Assembly: GCA_030141605.1 (NCBI GenBank)
Contig: JAQGDQ010000482.1
Location: forward strand, 1-64,000
Direction: 5' to 3'
DNA length: 64,000 nt
DNA from: Tubiluchus corallicola
Taxonomy: Eukaryota > Animalia > Priapulida
The notes under the pieces are model-generated. The model saw only the letters and a program-made list of their open reading frames with translations. It was not told where the DNA came from and did no database searches. How positions within the stretch are numbered: the first letter of the stretch is position 1; every line of letters begins with the position of its first letter. The position numbers were made by a program, and so were the translations under genes. Of this stretch, positions 1-13,587 are shown piece after piece.

Positions 1-952
1 TCATGTGTCATTGTCTCTTGACGTGAGGGGGTCAGCGTTCATGTGTCATTGTCTCTTGACGTGAGGGGTCAGCGTTCACGTATCATTGTCTCTTGACGTG
101 AGGGGTCAGTGTTCATGTGTCATTGTCTCTTGACGTGAGGGGTCAGTGTTCATGTGTCATTGTCTCTTGACGTGAGGGGTCAGCGTTCATGTGTCATTGT
201 CTCTTGACGTGAGGGGGTCAGCGTTCATGTGTCATTGTCTCTTGACGTGAGGGGTCAGCGTTCACGTATCATTGTCTCTTGACGTGAGGGGGTCAGCGTT
301 CGTGTGTCATTGTCTCTTGACGTGAGGGGGTCAGCGTTCACGTATCATTGTCTCTTGATGTGAGGGGTCAGCGTTCATGTGTCATTGTCTCTTGACGTGA
401 GGGGTCAGCGTTCATGTATCATTGTCTCTTGACGTGAGGGGTCAGCGTTCACGTATCATTGTCTCTTGACGTGAGGGGTCAGCGTTCATGTGTTCATTGT
501 CTCTTGACGTGAGGGGGTCAGCGTTCATGTGTCATTGTCTCTTGACGTGATGGGGTCAGCGTTCGCGTATCATTGTCTCTTGACGTGAGGGGGTCAGCGT
601 TCATGTGTCATTGTCTCTTGACGTGATGGGGTCAGCGTTCGCGTATCATTGTCTCTTGACGTGAGGGGTCAGCGTTCGTGTGTCATTGTCTCTTGACGTG
701 AGGGGGTCAGCGTTCGTGTGTCATTGTCTCTTGACGTGAGGGGGTCAGCGTTCGTGTGTCATTGTCTCTTGACGTGAGGGGTCAGCGTTCATGTGTCATT
801 GTCTCTTGACGTGAGGGGGTCAGCGTTCATGTGTCATTGTCTCTTGACGTGAGGGGTCAGCGTTCACGTGTCATTGTCTCTTGACGTGAGGGGTCAGCGT
901 TCACGTATCATTGTCTCTTGACGTGAGGGGTCAGCGTTCACGTGTCATTGTC
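1..952 (+). repeat. 38-40 bp minisatellite array, left arm of a large inverted repeat (runs off the window start)
   Basis: About 24-25 tandem copies of tca(t/c)gtgtcattgtctcttgacgtgagggg(g)tcagcgt. Confidence 0.97.
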
Positions 953-985
953 AATTGACCTCAAAAGTTGGTTCTTTTATTGCAG

Positions 986-1042
986 ACGCATCGCTGCAAA
1001 ATGGCGACCCAAGTCCAAAATTGTCAATGCGAGCTATCCGAG
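986..1042 (+). CDS. Candidate 57-nt internal exon in the loop of the inverted minisatellite; product unknown
   Basis: Branch-like ttgac at ~955-959, pyrimidine tract plus CAG (gttcttttattgcag, ends 985), weak donor GAG|GTGACC at 1043. Length is divisible by 3 and all three frames are open, e.g. RIAAKWRPKSKIVNASYP or THRCKMATQVQNCQCELSE. Confidence 0.45.
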
Positions 1043-1043
1043 G

Positions 1044-2655
1044 TGACCCCATCACGTCAAGAGACAATGACACGTGAACGCTGACCCCTCACGTCAAGAG
1101 ACAATGACACGTGAACGCTGACCCCTCACGTCAAGAGACAATGACACGTGAATGCTGACCCCTCACGTCAAGAGACAATGACACATGTACGCTGACCCCT
1201 CACGTCAAGAGACAATGACACGTGAACGCTGACCCCTCACGTCAAGAGACAATGATACGTGAACGCTGACCCCTCACGTCAAGAGACAATGACACGTGAA
1301 CGCTGACCCCTCACGTCAAGAGACAATGACACATGAACGCTGACCCCCTCACGTCAAGAGACAATGACACATGAACGCTGACCCCCTCACGTCAAGAGAC
1401 AATGACACATGAACACTGACCCCCTCACGTCAAGAGACAATGACACACGAACGCTGACCCCCTCACGTCAAGAGACAATGACACACGAACGCTGACCCCT
1501 CACGTCAAGAGACAATGATACGCGAACGCTGACCCCATCACGTCAAGAGACAATGACACATGAACGCTGACCCCCTCACGTCAAGAGACAATGATACGTG
1601 AACGCTGACCCCATCACGTCAAGAGACAATGACACATGAACGCTGACCCCCTCACGTCAAGAGACAATGAACACATGAACGCTGACCCCTCACGTCAAGA
1701 GACAATGATACGTGAACGCTGACCCCTCACGTCAAGAGACAATGATACATGAACGCTGACCCCTCACGTCAAGAGACAATGACACATGAACGCTGACCCC
1801 TCACATCAAGAGACAATGATACGTGAACGCTGACCCCCTCACGTCAAGAGACAATGACACACGAACGCTGACCCCCTCACGTCAAGAGACAATGATACGT
1901 GAAAGCTGACCCCCTCACGTCAAGAGACAATGACACATGAACGCTGACCCCCTCACGTCAAGAGACAATGACACATGAACGCTGACCCCCTCACGTCAAG
2001 AGACAATGACACATGAACACTGACCCCTCACGTCAAGAGACAATGACACATGAACACTGACCCCTCACGTCAAGAGACAATGATACGTGAACGCTGACCC
2101 CTCACGTCAAGAGACAATGACACATGAACGCTGACCCCCTCACGTCAAGAGACAATGACACATGAACACTGACCCCTCACGTCAAGAGACAATGACACAT
2201 GAACGCTGACCCCTCACGTCAAGAGACAATGACACATGAACACTGACCCCTCACGTCAAGAGACAATGACACATGAACGCTGACCCCCTCACGTCAAGAG
2301 ACAATGATACGTGAACGCTGACCCCTCACGTCAAGAGACAATGACACATGAACACTGACCCCTCACGTCAAGAGACAATGATACGTGAACGCTGACCCCA
2401 TCACGTCAAGAGACAATGATACGTGAACGCTGACCCCTCACGTCAAGAGACAATGAACACGTGAACGCTGACCCCCTCACGTCAAGAGACAATGAACACG
2501 TGAACGCTGACCCCCTCACGTCAAGAGACAATGATACGTGAACGCTGACCCCTCACGTCAAGAGACAATGAACACGTGAACGCTGACCCCCTCACGTCAA
2601 GAGACAATGATACATGAACGCTGACCCCCTCAAGTCAAGAGACAATGACACATGA
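1044..2655 (-). repeat. Same minisatellite in reverse orientation, right arm (~41 units)
   Basis: Units gaacgctgacccc(c)tcacgtcaagagacaatgacacat are the reverse complement of the units in 1-952. Confidence 0.97.
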
Positions 2656-3930
2656 GCCCTTTCTGTAGTGCTCCCCCTAAGATCCGCCCCGTGCATTCGG
2701 CCTGTTTTGATTAGGGCGATTATTACATGAAAACGGGTTTCTTTATTAATCACTCTGTTCTCCCGACAGCCGTGGAATTATTAGGTTTCCTGGCACAAAA
2801 ACATTAATTTTATTAATTAACTCATTAACATTTGATGCAGAACAAAAGATTGATCGTCTACAGCATCCGAACTGAATTTGACGGAAAGAACAAATCACGC
2901 AATAGGTTGAGTTTATTTTTTATAATATCTAGATATTATAATATTTGTTTTATCAGTAATTGTATTGTTGGTTTGCATGTTTGCAGCGTCGCTATAGTTC
3001 AAAATTGAAATTATACGTATGTCTTGTTTTTTGTTGCATTGTATGTATTTTTGGCATTAATTAATATGAAATATGAAAATATTTTACTACTATTACTGAA
3101 ACTTAGAAAAATATAACAAAGAAATTTGCAAATAACTGCCAATAAAGCACAAATTTAAAGTATACTACCTCTGAATAAAAAATTTCAAGCGTGGTGGTTG
3201 CCGCCATTCACTTGAAAATCATGACGTAACTTCGTGGGAGACTTCGTGAGTTTTCGTAAACGCGTCGTAGCTCTCCGTAAGCGCACGCTGCTTATACTAA
3301 TTCAAACTGCTGCAGTTTACCAAATATTCACGCAGAAACATTACAAAAGTAACTATCTAATTGTTTTTGTAAAAACTTGTTATACTTTTGCTGAAGATTG
3401 ACAGTGTGCTACTTTTTTCAAGACGAATGACGTCATTGGAAGAAGAATGGGCATTGAAAATGGGAGCGTCCAAGAATGGAGTGATCGCGACTTTACAGTG
3501 ATTTTACTAATTACACGAGGCGCTTATTGCAGTTTCATTACTAAATCCTTCTAACATTTTTTGCGGACAGTGAAATAAACCTGACTTCCTAGAAAACTTG
3601 TGTTTTCCTTTAAACGGTTCAATCATGAACAATTTTTAGGATAATATCGTGCGTAGGCTACATCTTGCGCAGGCTGACTGTCCTTGGTGTGTTCATTTGC
3701 CAGTGAGGAAAAATAGAGACGCTCTCGGCGACATTCTTCCAAATATATGAGCTGAAGGGATGGCTACAAGTTACCCTAATAATGTTTTAACTTCTTTATT
3801 TACATACCTCTATCCAAGTTTCTTGTGTTTAACTAGGGGCCAATAGTATGGCCAGGGAATACATTTTAAAAAGCCTACAATTAGCAAAATAAGTAGCTTA
3901 AAAATAAGTTATTATTAGTGTTTTATTATT

Positions 3931-4112
<182 letters not shown>

Positions 4113-5115
4113 TTTACTACTGTTATTATTACAAACATTTATTGCATATTATTGGTCGTGATAATAGTAAATTTATTGACTGGTGACGGTCCATTCAAAT
4201 CAGTTACAAATCATTTCAGGAATTGCAAGTTAGGTTAGTTATAACAAAAATAAGATTATTCGAAAATATTAAAACACTCATAAACAAAATGCGTCAGACA
4301 ATGTTGATCCAAGTTGTTATATTCATGTTATTCATTGTTACAAGTGGCTGAATAGCCGTTAATGCTAATGTTGTTTGTGAAACGAGTGACAATAAATAAA
4401 TGTTGTCTGTTGTTGTCATCGTCAAAGTCAAAATAACAATTAATTATGAACGATTGTTTATATATTAACTATTTGAGACGCTTTGGATTACTTTTACCTA
4501 TTCGCGATCTTGGAATGACAGTCCTAAAGAGCTTAAATATTAATTAGTAATTTGATTAATTGCTATTGCGACTTTGGCGATGTCTTGATTATAGCAAAAA
4601 AAGTAGTTGAATTGAAATTAGCTGTGATGTATTATTCTGAACAATGTACAAGTACCAGCAGGCTTGAACATATCATTTGTCATCACAGCAAATTTAGACA
4701 TCAACCTTTAGTTATATAGTTTCTCGGTCTGTCTGTTTCTCAGGACTTCAGTTTATATAGGTTTTACATGTAAAATGTAGACCTGCGTTAACTCAAATGT
4801 ACATTTAGGTAATTCAAATGTGTCTTGGTAACTCAAATGTAGATTTAGGTAATTCAAATGTGTCTTGGTAACTCAAATGTAGACTTAGGTAGTTCAAATG
4901 TGTTAACAATGGTTTTCAACAAATCTTGAGCGTTTTTGGTAAGTCAAATGTAGACACATGTCAAGTCAAATGTGACATTGGTATCTCAAATGTGGATAGG
5001 TGGTAAACCTTAAGGATGTTAAATTTAATCTTCTTTAACCTTAATTTAATAATTGCTGCTTAAATAATAACTTTACTAGCCAAACCCCACAAAAAGAATT
5101 TTGTGCACAAATCAA

Positions 5116-5775
5116 CACACAACCCACACCACACCACTCCACCTCATCACACCACACTGCACCACACCATACCACTCCACTTCATCGCACCACACTGCAC
5201 CACACAATACCACCACACTGCACTGCACCACACCATACCACCTACACACCACACCACCCACACCATACCACTCCACCATATCACACCACACTGCACCACA
5301 CCATACCACTGCACCACCCACACAGCACACCACACCACCCACACCATAATACTCCACCACATCACACCGCACACCACACTGCACCACACCACACCACACC
5401 ACCTACACCATACCATTCCACCACATCACACCACACCGCACCACACCATACCACTGCAGCACACCGCACCACCCACACACCACACCACACCACCCACACC
5501 ATACGACTCCACCACATCACATCACACCACACTGCACCACACCATACCACTGCACCACACCACATCGCACCACCCACACACCACACTACCCACACCATAA
5601 TACTCCACCACATCACATCACACCGCACTGCACCACACCATAACACCACACTGCACCACAACAATCACCCACCCATACGCCACGCCACCCACTCCACACC
5701 ACACCCCACACACCCTATCACCCCACCACACCATCCATAGCACAACACACAAAGCACACCACCACCACACCACAT
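5116..5775. repeat. Degenerate (CACCA)n low-complexity satellite
   Basis: Directly visible; it explains the His/Thr-rich ORFs in all frames. Confidence 0.93.
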
Positions 5776-7096
5776 CAAATCCACCACCTCACGTGGTGAT
5801 CATGATGTTGATGATGATGATGATGGTGGCAACGATGACGACACCTATAGCACAAGCACCAACAGCACAGCATTACAATAAAACCATTCCAAACATTTTT
5901 CACAAAGTTGAAACTATGTGCTATAATATAATAAATAGCAAACGCCCCGCAAAAGATTTTGCGTATAAATACACGTGTAATCAATAATATGCGAACATCC
6001 TACCTAGTCCTCATGTATAACGCAAAGCCCGTAACATCATGCCTACTGTTTGTTTAACTAACGCAAACCCGTAGCAGGCAGCTTTTTGCTGAATTAAAGT
6101 TATAAGATTATAGACAGAGTACAATGGATGACGTCACAACAATGCCTTTGCGTCAGCAGTTTTCTAAGTGAAAATTGCCGAAAATAGAACTCCTAACTAA
6201 CTCGTTGATACTCCTCTCGGTGGACCTGCCCTAAAATATAGCCCACATCATCGTGTAGCCCTGTCCTTCCTCTTTGTAAAGAACCCCATATCTCCTTCCT
6301 AGAGTCCCACCGGGCGCCGCTAGAACGTTTTTCCCGCAGGCTGTTTGATCAAAATTTCGAAAAAATCGCGAGTTGGGTCCGCGAAAACGCCCGTTACGGG
6401 ACCCCGTGGCCCTCTTGGGAATTCTAAATAGGCCTATGACACCCACCGCTGAACGGGCTATCTATCCATACCCAGCACCCCCCTCGGCCCGTTCCCGTTC
6501 TCTACATCTCAGCCGTATAACTTTTGCAAAAAACGGCCGAAAAATGGCCATTTTTGGAGGTTTTTCGCCTCCCCTTCCTCGCTGTGGGCCCAATTCGAAA
6601 AATAAACCCCCAATGAGACGACACTAGATCGAGACCTTTCGTTTGATATATAGATCGCCGCAAATGGTGCCCTCGTCCGGGCTGTAGCCTCGAATCTTAT
6701 ATATAAATAAATATATAAATAAATATATATACCAAGAATATTAATATAAGGGATAGGGGTACTAATAGTTCACTAATATTCTGTAAACTTTAGATACCAT
6801 TGGAACTGTTAGAGAAAACAATACATTCTTAAAATAAACAATGTTTCTTGAGAGAAACTAATTCATTAATGCAGTGCTAATGTATTACTTAAAAAACTAA
6901 TTGGTGATTCACTGTTCATTGGGAAGTGGGAACCAATTTATTCTTTTCTACCGACGTTATGGTTTATCAAAGAATTCAGTTTGAGGATAAGCAACGCATT
7001 TTTCAAAGTTATGAAAGAGGTGATGACTATCTTTGCTTTATCTTTTTGTAATTTGAACTTAGATCAGTTAATTACCGATTTATTCAAAGTACCGCA

Positions 7097-7484
7097 TCTA
7101 CATTTGACTTACCTAAGTCACATTTGAACTTTCCTGTGTCTACATTTGACTTACCTAAGTCACATTAGAACTTTCCTGTGTCTACATTTGACTTACCTAA
7201 GTCACATTTGAACTTTCCTGTGTCTACATTTGACTTACCTAAGTCACATTTGAACTTTCCTGTGTCTACAGTTGACTTACCTAAGTCACATTTGAACTTT
7301 CCTGTGTCTACAGTTGACTTACCCAAGTCACATTTGAACTTTCCTGTGTCTACATTTGACTTACCTAAGTCACATTTGAACTTTCCTGTGTCTACATTTG
7401 ACTTACCCAAGTCACATTTGAACTTTCCTGTGTCTACAGTTGACTTACCTAAGTCACATTTGAACTTTCCTGTGTCTACATTTG
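7097..7484 (+). repeat. 42-bp minisatellite, ~9 copies
   Basis: Unit tctacatttgacttacctaagtcacatttgaactttcctgtg. Confidence 0.95.
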
Positions 7485-8032
7485 ATGTGTAAAACCTATA
7501 CCTGTAAAACGTTTGTTGTATAATCAATGATTGCCTTGCCTCGCTGTTTTTTAACTATTTCTTGGTTGCCTGAAAAGCGGAACGTCTTGTGTTCGAGTCC
7601 CGGTGGAGTACAAATTTTTTCGGACTTTGCAATTTTTCGTATTTTTCTTGTGCGTTTGTCTGACTAACAATTTTGGTATCAGTAATGTGAGGCAGACTAA
7701 ACCTGCAGTATTTTAACGTGTTCAAAGGGTGAAAATTTAGAGTGTGATTGAGCTGGTACATTACAAACGCGCTATAAAGCAATTTACTGAAAAAACAAAT
7801 CAAATTTTCTTAAAAAATCTCTAATCTATGGCTTCCATCTCTTCCTTTCGACCCAATTACTGTTTACAACCTCAAACAAAAGTAACACTATACATGAAAG
7901 AGTCAACCACTAGGAATCAACTTGTTTATTGAGCGCAGACTATCGAGGACTATAGCAGTCATTGTCTTTACTATAAATCAAGCCAAAAAAGGAATAATTA
8001 GTACATTGATGGTACTAAAATACTAAGGCTCA

Positions 8033-8292
8033 AAATGTCGCTACAAATCAAAAGAGAAAAATTTTAAATTATCAAAATAAATGTGGATATAATTAGAAGA
8101 AACGTGGATATAACGTTTCTTTGCCATATATCTTTTTTATAAGGATATTTTATGTATTATTTTTTCACATATAATGTGGTCTTTGGTCAACAGCAAAGCT
8201 GATGTAAAAACCTCAGGCAACATCTTCTAGTTACATCCACGCTTATTTTGACAATTTAAAATTCTACTGGTTTGATTTGCATTGACATTAAA
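8033..8292. mobile_element. Small MITE-like inverted repeat
   Basis: aattttaaattatcaaaataaatgtggatataattagaaga (~8060-8100) pairs imperfectly with tcttctagttacatccacgcttattttgacaatttaaaatt (~8223-8263). Confidence 0.5.
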
Positions 8293-9049
8293 TGTGAAAG
8301 TACCTTTAACCATGCGCCTTGCCGTTTTTTTTTTGGTGTAAACACTTGGATTATGGCCGTGTAGTTGCGGTGTGAACTCGCCCTAATAAAATCGTCGAAC
8401 AATCTGCACTCTTATCTGAACAATTACTGGGAAAATTACTGCCATTTTACCGCCCGCTAATTACTGATAATCATTAGAAAAATATGCAGATGCGTTTGCA
8501 GCAGCATCAGTTTCTTAATTAGCCGCAGCGTTTTGTCATTAATTTTTCCGCAAATAAATTGTGATTACACATTAGAGTGTTGGCAAACGCTAAGAGGCAC
8601 TCGCGTAGACAAATAAGCAGTCAGGCGTAAAGGAAGAAGCCAAGCAGCCTGACGTGTTTATGGAAATGAAGAGTGGAAGTAATGCAACAGAATAACATGA
8701 ATAGAAAGAGGAATATTTTGCATGAGGTTTTGAGAGGATGCACTATTATTGTCGACATTTTAACCCTAGTAATCTTATTTGCGCATGATTATAGTTCGCG
8801 CAACATGCAGGGGGGGAGGGGAATGAGCCGAGCATGTGTTCAGAGATTTATATAAGTATGAAAGATTCATTTTATGTTTGTATTTCCGAGAAAAATAAAA
8901 ATTAAAAAGTTTCACTCGAGTTTTTACAAAAACGTTATTATATTTTTGACTCGCGTCCCCGTTTTAGATGGAATAGTATCTTATTGTGTACTGTGTTAGT
9001 AGTGAGCAATGAAAATCATACATAATGATATAGATATAGACATAGACAA

Positions 9050-9190
9050 ATTGCATTGGTCATTTTTTTCTAATAGGGTTGTTCCGATTTGGAATAGTTT
9101 ATCAGAAATTGTAAATGATGTACCATTGGTAAAAGGTTGAAATGCAAAGGTTTTCAAACGACGATTAAATTATGTCGATCTACATGCTTG
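9050..9190 (+). mobile_element. CR1-like LINE 3' end remnant
   Basis: Translates to HFFSNRVVPIWNSLSE, typical of the CR1 ORF2 C-terminus. Confidence 0.5.
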
Positions 9191-9271
9191 TCACATGTAA
9201 GAAGCGTTTGCTCTTTCTGTCTCCCCCCACACCGCCCTCATTATTATGCCTCTTTTTATGCGTGTACATAT

Positions 9272-9450
9272 TGTAACGGCTCCGGGTTCCATTCCAGGTA
9301 GCAATTTCGGACCCCACTTATGTGCACCAGTGTAACGGATCCGGGTTCCATTCCAGGCGGCAATTTCGGATCCCACCTATGTGCACCAGTGTAACGGATT
9401 TCGGCAATTTCGGATCCCACTTCTGACACCAGTGTAACGGATGCGGATCC
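9272..9450 (+). repeat. 59-bp tandem repeat, 2 full copies plus truncated copies
   Basis: tgtaacgg recurs at 9272, 9331, 9390 and ~9433 with shared gcaatttcgga(t/c)cccac. Confidence 0.85.
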
Positions 9451-10311
9451 GTCTCAGGATGTATTGAGCGGCATACAAGTTATAAAATACTTTACAGCAG
9501 ACGAGAAAAGTAAAAAGAATACGAATGTAAAATAAACTTTAATGCACAACCAGTAGCTCCATGACATATGAATAGACTTTTGTATAAAAATCAGCAAACC
9601 TACAGCATTCACCTTTACAGACAGAAAGGCCAGGTTGGAAGCGTGCATTCTGTTTTATACAGATACATTTGCATTACTGGGCTTCTCGACTATACCCATT
9701 ACTAACATTATGGGGTTAGTCAAAACCCGTCCGAGTAACAATATTTTAATGTGTATTGTGTGTTTTTATATGATGTATATGTTTCTATGTGTATGTATAT
9801 ATTTTAATGTATATTGTTCACTTTTTATTTGGTGTGTATAAACTTAAACTTAAACTTACAAAAGTGGTTAAGAATGTGAAAAAAAGTGAACTGTTGGTTC
9901 GATCTCTAATCGATAATTCGACCTTGGGTGGAGTACCATAATTGCAGTTACATTTGGGCTGGCACCTGACATTACACAAACGCCTGGTCAGTTTGGGTAG
10001 ACCTGACTTTGGTCAACCCTCCAGTCCGCTGCTCACCGAAGGTCAATTCCTACATTAAAAGTCTGTAAGATTTTTCTAGAGAAGTTGGTGTCAAGACCTC
10101 TCGCCATTGAATCGTAAACACCGACAGTTTATTTTGTAGCATTCGTTTTTGTGTAGCTTCTCACAATCTTGTAACATCTCATAACGTCATAGTACTAAGG
10201 CGGCTACATTATGACCTTTTGGGGCCCTAAGCTAGTAAATTATTACATTTACAAAGCTGGAAAGAAAGTTATTCAAACTCTCTAAATAAACTAGAATCTT
10301 TTGTTTGTCGA

Positions 10312-10672
10312 TCTTCTTCTTCTTCCCAGCTTTTCCCTATTCGGGGTCGCCGTTGTGAATGAGTCTTCTCCACGCATTCCTGCTGTTGACCATCTCTTCA
10401 TTTATGTCTTCCCTTCCATGATATACACCGACTCTTCTTTTCAGGTGTCCATACCATCGCAGTCTTGCGAGGCTTCCACTAGTTTTACTGTTCCTCTGAT
10501 ATTATTATTTCTAATTTTATCTCTTCATGTTATTCCCACCATCCATCTCAACATCCCCACCTACACCACACCCATTTTCTTCTCTTCGGTCTTCTTTAGA
10601 GAAGCTGCTTCCAGCCCATAGATTAGAGCGAGTCTGACAACTTCTTTGTGGACTTTCCCTTTAAGTCTCACC
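10312..10672 (-). mobile_element. Degenerate RTE-like LINE 3' fragment
   Basis: Minus strand gives ..VGMLRWMVGIT-EDKIRN..IRGTVK, resembling the RTE ORF C-terminus; (GAA)n tail at the 3' end. Confidence 0.55.
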
Positions 10673-11399
10673 GACTCATTCATAGAAGGTTTTGGCGCAG
10701 TTTTTACAGGCGGATGCCCTTCCTGACCCTAACCCTCCCTATTTATACGGGTTTGGGACCGGCACTGAGTCGGGCTGGCTCCCCGCCTCCAGTGGCTAGG
10801 TTAATCTTTTGTTTGTCGATAAAAATATAATTTAAGAAATATCACTATTTACTATTTGAAAATCTTAGCAGGACCCATCAAGGTTGCCCCCCCTCAAGCA
10901 TGGGGTGCCCTAAGCTCCAGCTTGCACTAGACTACACCTGTAATGTAATAATCCAGCTTTGTAATGTATGTATTTTCTTTTTTATTGTCCTTTTACTTTT
11001 GTTTTTACTCCACACAAACTTGTTAATATCAAGGTGATTTTTACCGAGTTACAATAACAAGTGTATGCAGTTGTCTCAGTAATTTTTGAAAGCATATGCC
11101 CTGAGCGCTTTGTTTAAGAAATGTGCGTGGTACCAGTCAATATTGCAACTGTCTGGTAAACATCATACAGCAAATACAAAAATGTCCTTTCCGTGTTGAA
11201 AAGTTTTGTAATCTCCAATGAAAATAGTCGGCAATTTGCAATGAGAAAATTCCAATACTTGAAACTTGAACTTATGTGGGAACGTAAAAACTCAAGCTGT
11301 AGACCTACCTACAAACGATCAGTCCTACAACTTTGTTTTTTCTGACATGTAGTTAGATCACATTCATGAGGTTGAGGTTCATAGACTTCAGTGGGGTCC

Positions 11400-11895
11400 T
11401 TATTTAGACCTTAGTCCTTCCCGTGCAGGGATGCACATTGGGCAGACAGCATTTTCCGCTGGGTTCTATCGGCGGCTTCTCTTTCGATGTTCTCCCGACG
11501 TCTGTTCATCGCCCGAAGGTCTTCTTTGAAAGATCTGCGCCACGTTTCTGTTTTTGGCCGAACTCTTTTCCTTTTTCCACCAGGTGGTTCCCAGCGCAAC
11601 GCTATTTTGGAGTGGCGTTGTTCTGGTAGGCGGAAAATATGTCCAGCCAATCTCAGCCTTCTCTCTGCGACCATTTCCTGCAACCGCCTTGACTGCGCCT
11701 GCTGTAGGACTTCCACATTAGCAACATGGTCGCGATGGGATATTTTTTAGGATTTTCCGAAGACATTTTTGGTGGAAGACGTCCAGTTTCTTTGACATCG
11801 CTGCTGTGACTTTCCGGGTTTCGCTGGCAGAAACAGCCATTGGTAGCACAATGGTGTTGTACAAACGAAGCCTGATTTTCAGTAGGGTCAGTAAG
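11400..11895 (-). mobile_element. RTE-clade LINE 3' fragment, frameshifted
   Basis: ORFs 11718-11918 and 11411-11716: KIRLRLYNTIVLP..KKLDVFHQKCLRKIL and RRLRLAGHIFRLPEQRHSKIALRWEPPGGKRKR.RPK..WRRS. Confidence 0.85.
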
Positions 11896-12085
11896 TGACA
11901 AATTTTACACTCAAACATATACGACTAGATGAGAGACAGATTTTAGCAGGACTGGAAATAATCTTGAGTAGTTGGTTTAGGGTGGGAAGTTAATTAACAT
12001 TCAAAAACTGTAAAGAATTTAAGCCCAAGCATAGCTATCTTACCTCCAGGACGCGGATAGATTTTACATATTCAGCATAATACAT

Positions 12086-12198
12086 ACTAATACGTCATTG
12101 GCTCACTATCCCAGTGTGCACTAAATAGCGCCACTGGCGCACTAATTAACACTAAAGAATATATTATCGATCGTATTGACAATATAATGTAATTTAAA
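12086..12198 (+). repeat. Short copy of the repeat family at 13588-14037 (one unit plus the shared tail)
   Basis: Shares ggctcactatcccagtgtgcactaaatagcg and the tail actaattaacactaaagaatatatta.cgatcgtattgacaatataatgtaatttaaa. Confidence 0.85.
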
Positions 12199-12649
12199 TT
12201 TTTAGTAAATGATTTAAGTTTAAATGTCAATTATAAGCCAAAAATCTGTTGCGATTTTGACATGTAAGTAACAGCTTTGATTTATAATTGATATTGATAC
12301 TGAAATTGACATTTACTCAAGGTCGTCAAGGAATCGGGCAACTGAACCTTAAAAATTACATGAGAGACGAAGAATTGGAATTTCAATGACCTCAAGTGAC
12401 CACAAAGTCTTTACTCTCAAATCCAAAGGGCATAAGGCGACAAACAAAACTTTGGTTGCAGGATAGCGTCAAACTGAAATCAAACAGACCAAGCATTTCT
12501 AATAGCAACAAAAATTTCTTAATCAGCTTTGGCAACTTTTGCCTGTGTACAACGTAAACTTACCTGTGTATGACATAATGCACTTATTTAATATACCGCG
12601 TGTAAATTTCTGATTTTTTTTCTCCTCTCTTGCTTGTTGTTTCGCCTCA

Positions 12650-12908
<259 letters not shown>

Positions 12909-13587
12909 CGCCTCAGCAACTAGAGGAAGATCAATTCGAGACGCAGTTTGCTTTAAAATGTGAAAATTAACTTGCAGATTCGATTATGTAGATTTGAAAT
13001 CTTGTTTATTCTGCTGTAAGAAGTTTCTCCTCCTAATGTTCGCAGTTTGTTACTTTAACCTTCAACACTTAAACTCTCTCTTTCCTCCGTATAGATAAGT
13101 GCTTCAAATGTGTCTCTGTATAGCGACTTATGCTTGGATGGGTTGAATAATAAGTCGCTAAGGAGAAAATACTTTGTATAAATATTCAACAAAAACTGCC
13201 CGAGGCCTTGAACAAATCGGAACGTTCGATTGTAGAGGAGCAGGAGGAAAAAGAAGTGGGGAGAAGGACGAAAAAGAGGGAAAATAGTGATTCTACCAGA
13301 TGCTGCCCCAGTTAAAATGCTTTTGCTCTACTCTTTCACTAAGTCATGAAAATTAGTAAGTAGTGGTTCTGCACAAGAATCTCAAAAATTCCAGTGAGGG
13401 TAATCTGAAGATTTTGCTATGCTAATTTCGCTTAAACAGGAAGTAAAGTCAATTTTAATGCGTATCTCAAAAAACTTTCCTCACTAACTTATATTGTTTA
13501 GCATTGCGCTTACCGGTTCGAAACACTTTTTAACTTAAACAGAAAATTCTTAATAAAAATGTAAGCGTCATCTGGTAAAACAACGCC

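Larger units (their letters stand above)
4756..7500. mobile_element. Foldback/MITE-like element with inverted termini and subterminal tandem arrays
   Basis: Left end TATAGGTTTTACAtgtaAAATGTAGAC matches the reverse complement of the right end GTCTACATTTgatgTGTAAAACCTATA. Degenerate tcaaatgt repeats at 4770-4995 face the 42-bp array at 7097-7484 in inverted orientation. Confidence 0.6.

Noticed and set aside
1-2655. CRISPR-like array
   Set aside because: Units are contiguous with no unique spacers, there are no cas genes, and the context is eukaryotic.
5101-5664. His/Thr-rich and Val/Trp/Cys-rich ORFs
   Set aside because: Translations of a (CACCA)n satellite that is open in most frames; no signal peptide or splice support.
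12044-12640. Possible minus-strand exons ending at strong donors (GAG|gtaaga at ~12044, CAG|gtaagt at ~12563)
   Set aside because: No convincing acceptor, reading frame or recognisable protein could be attached.
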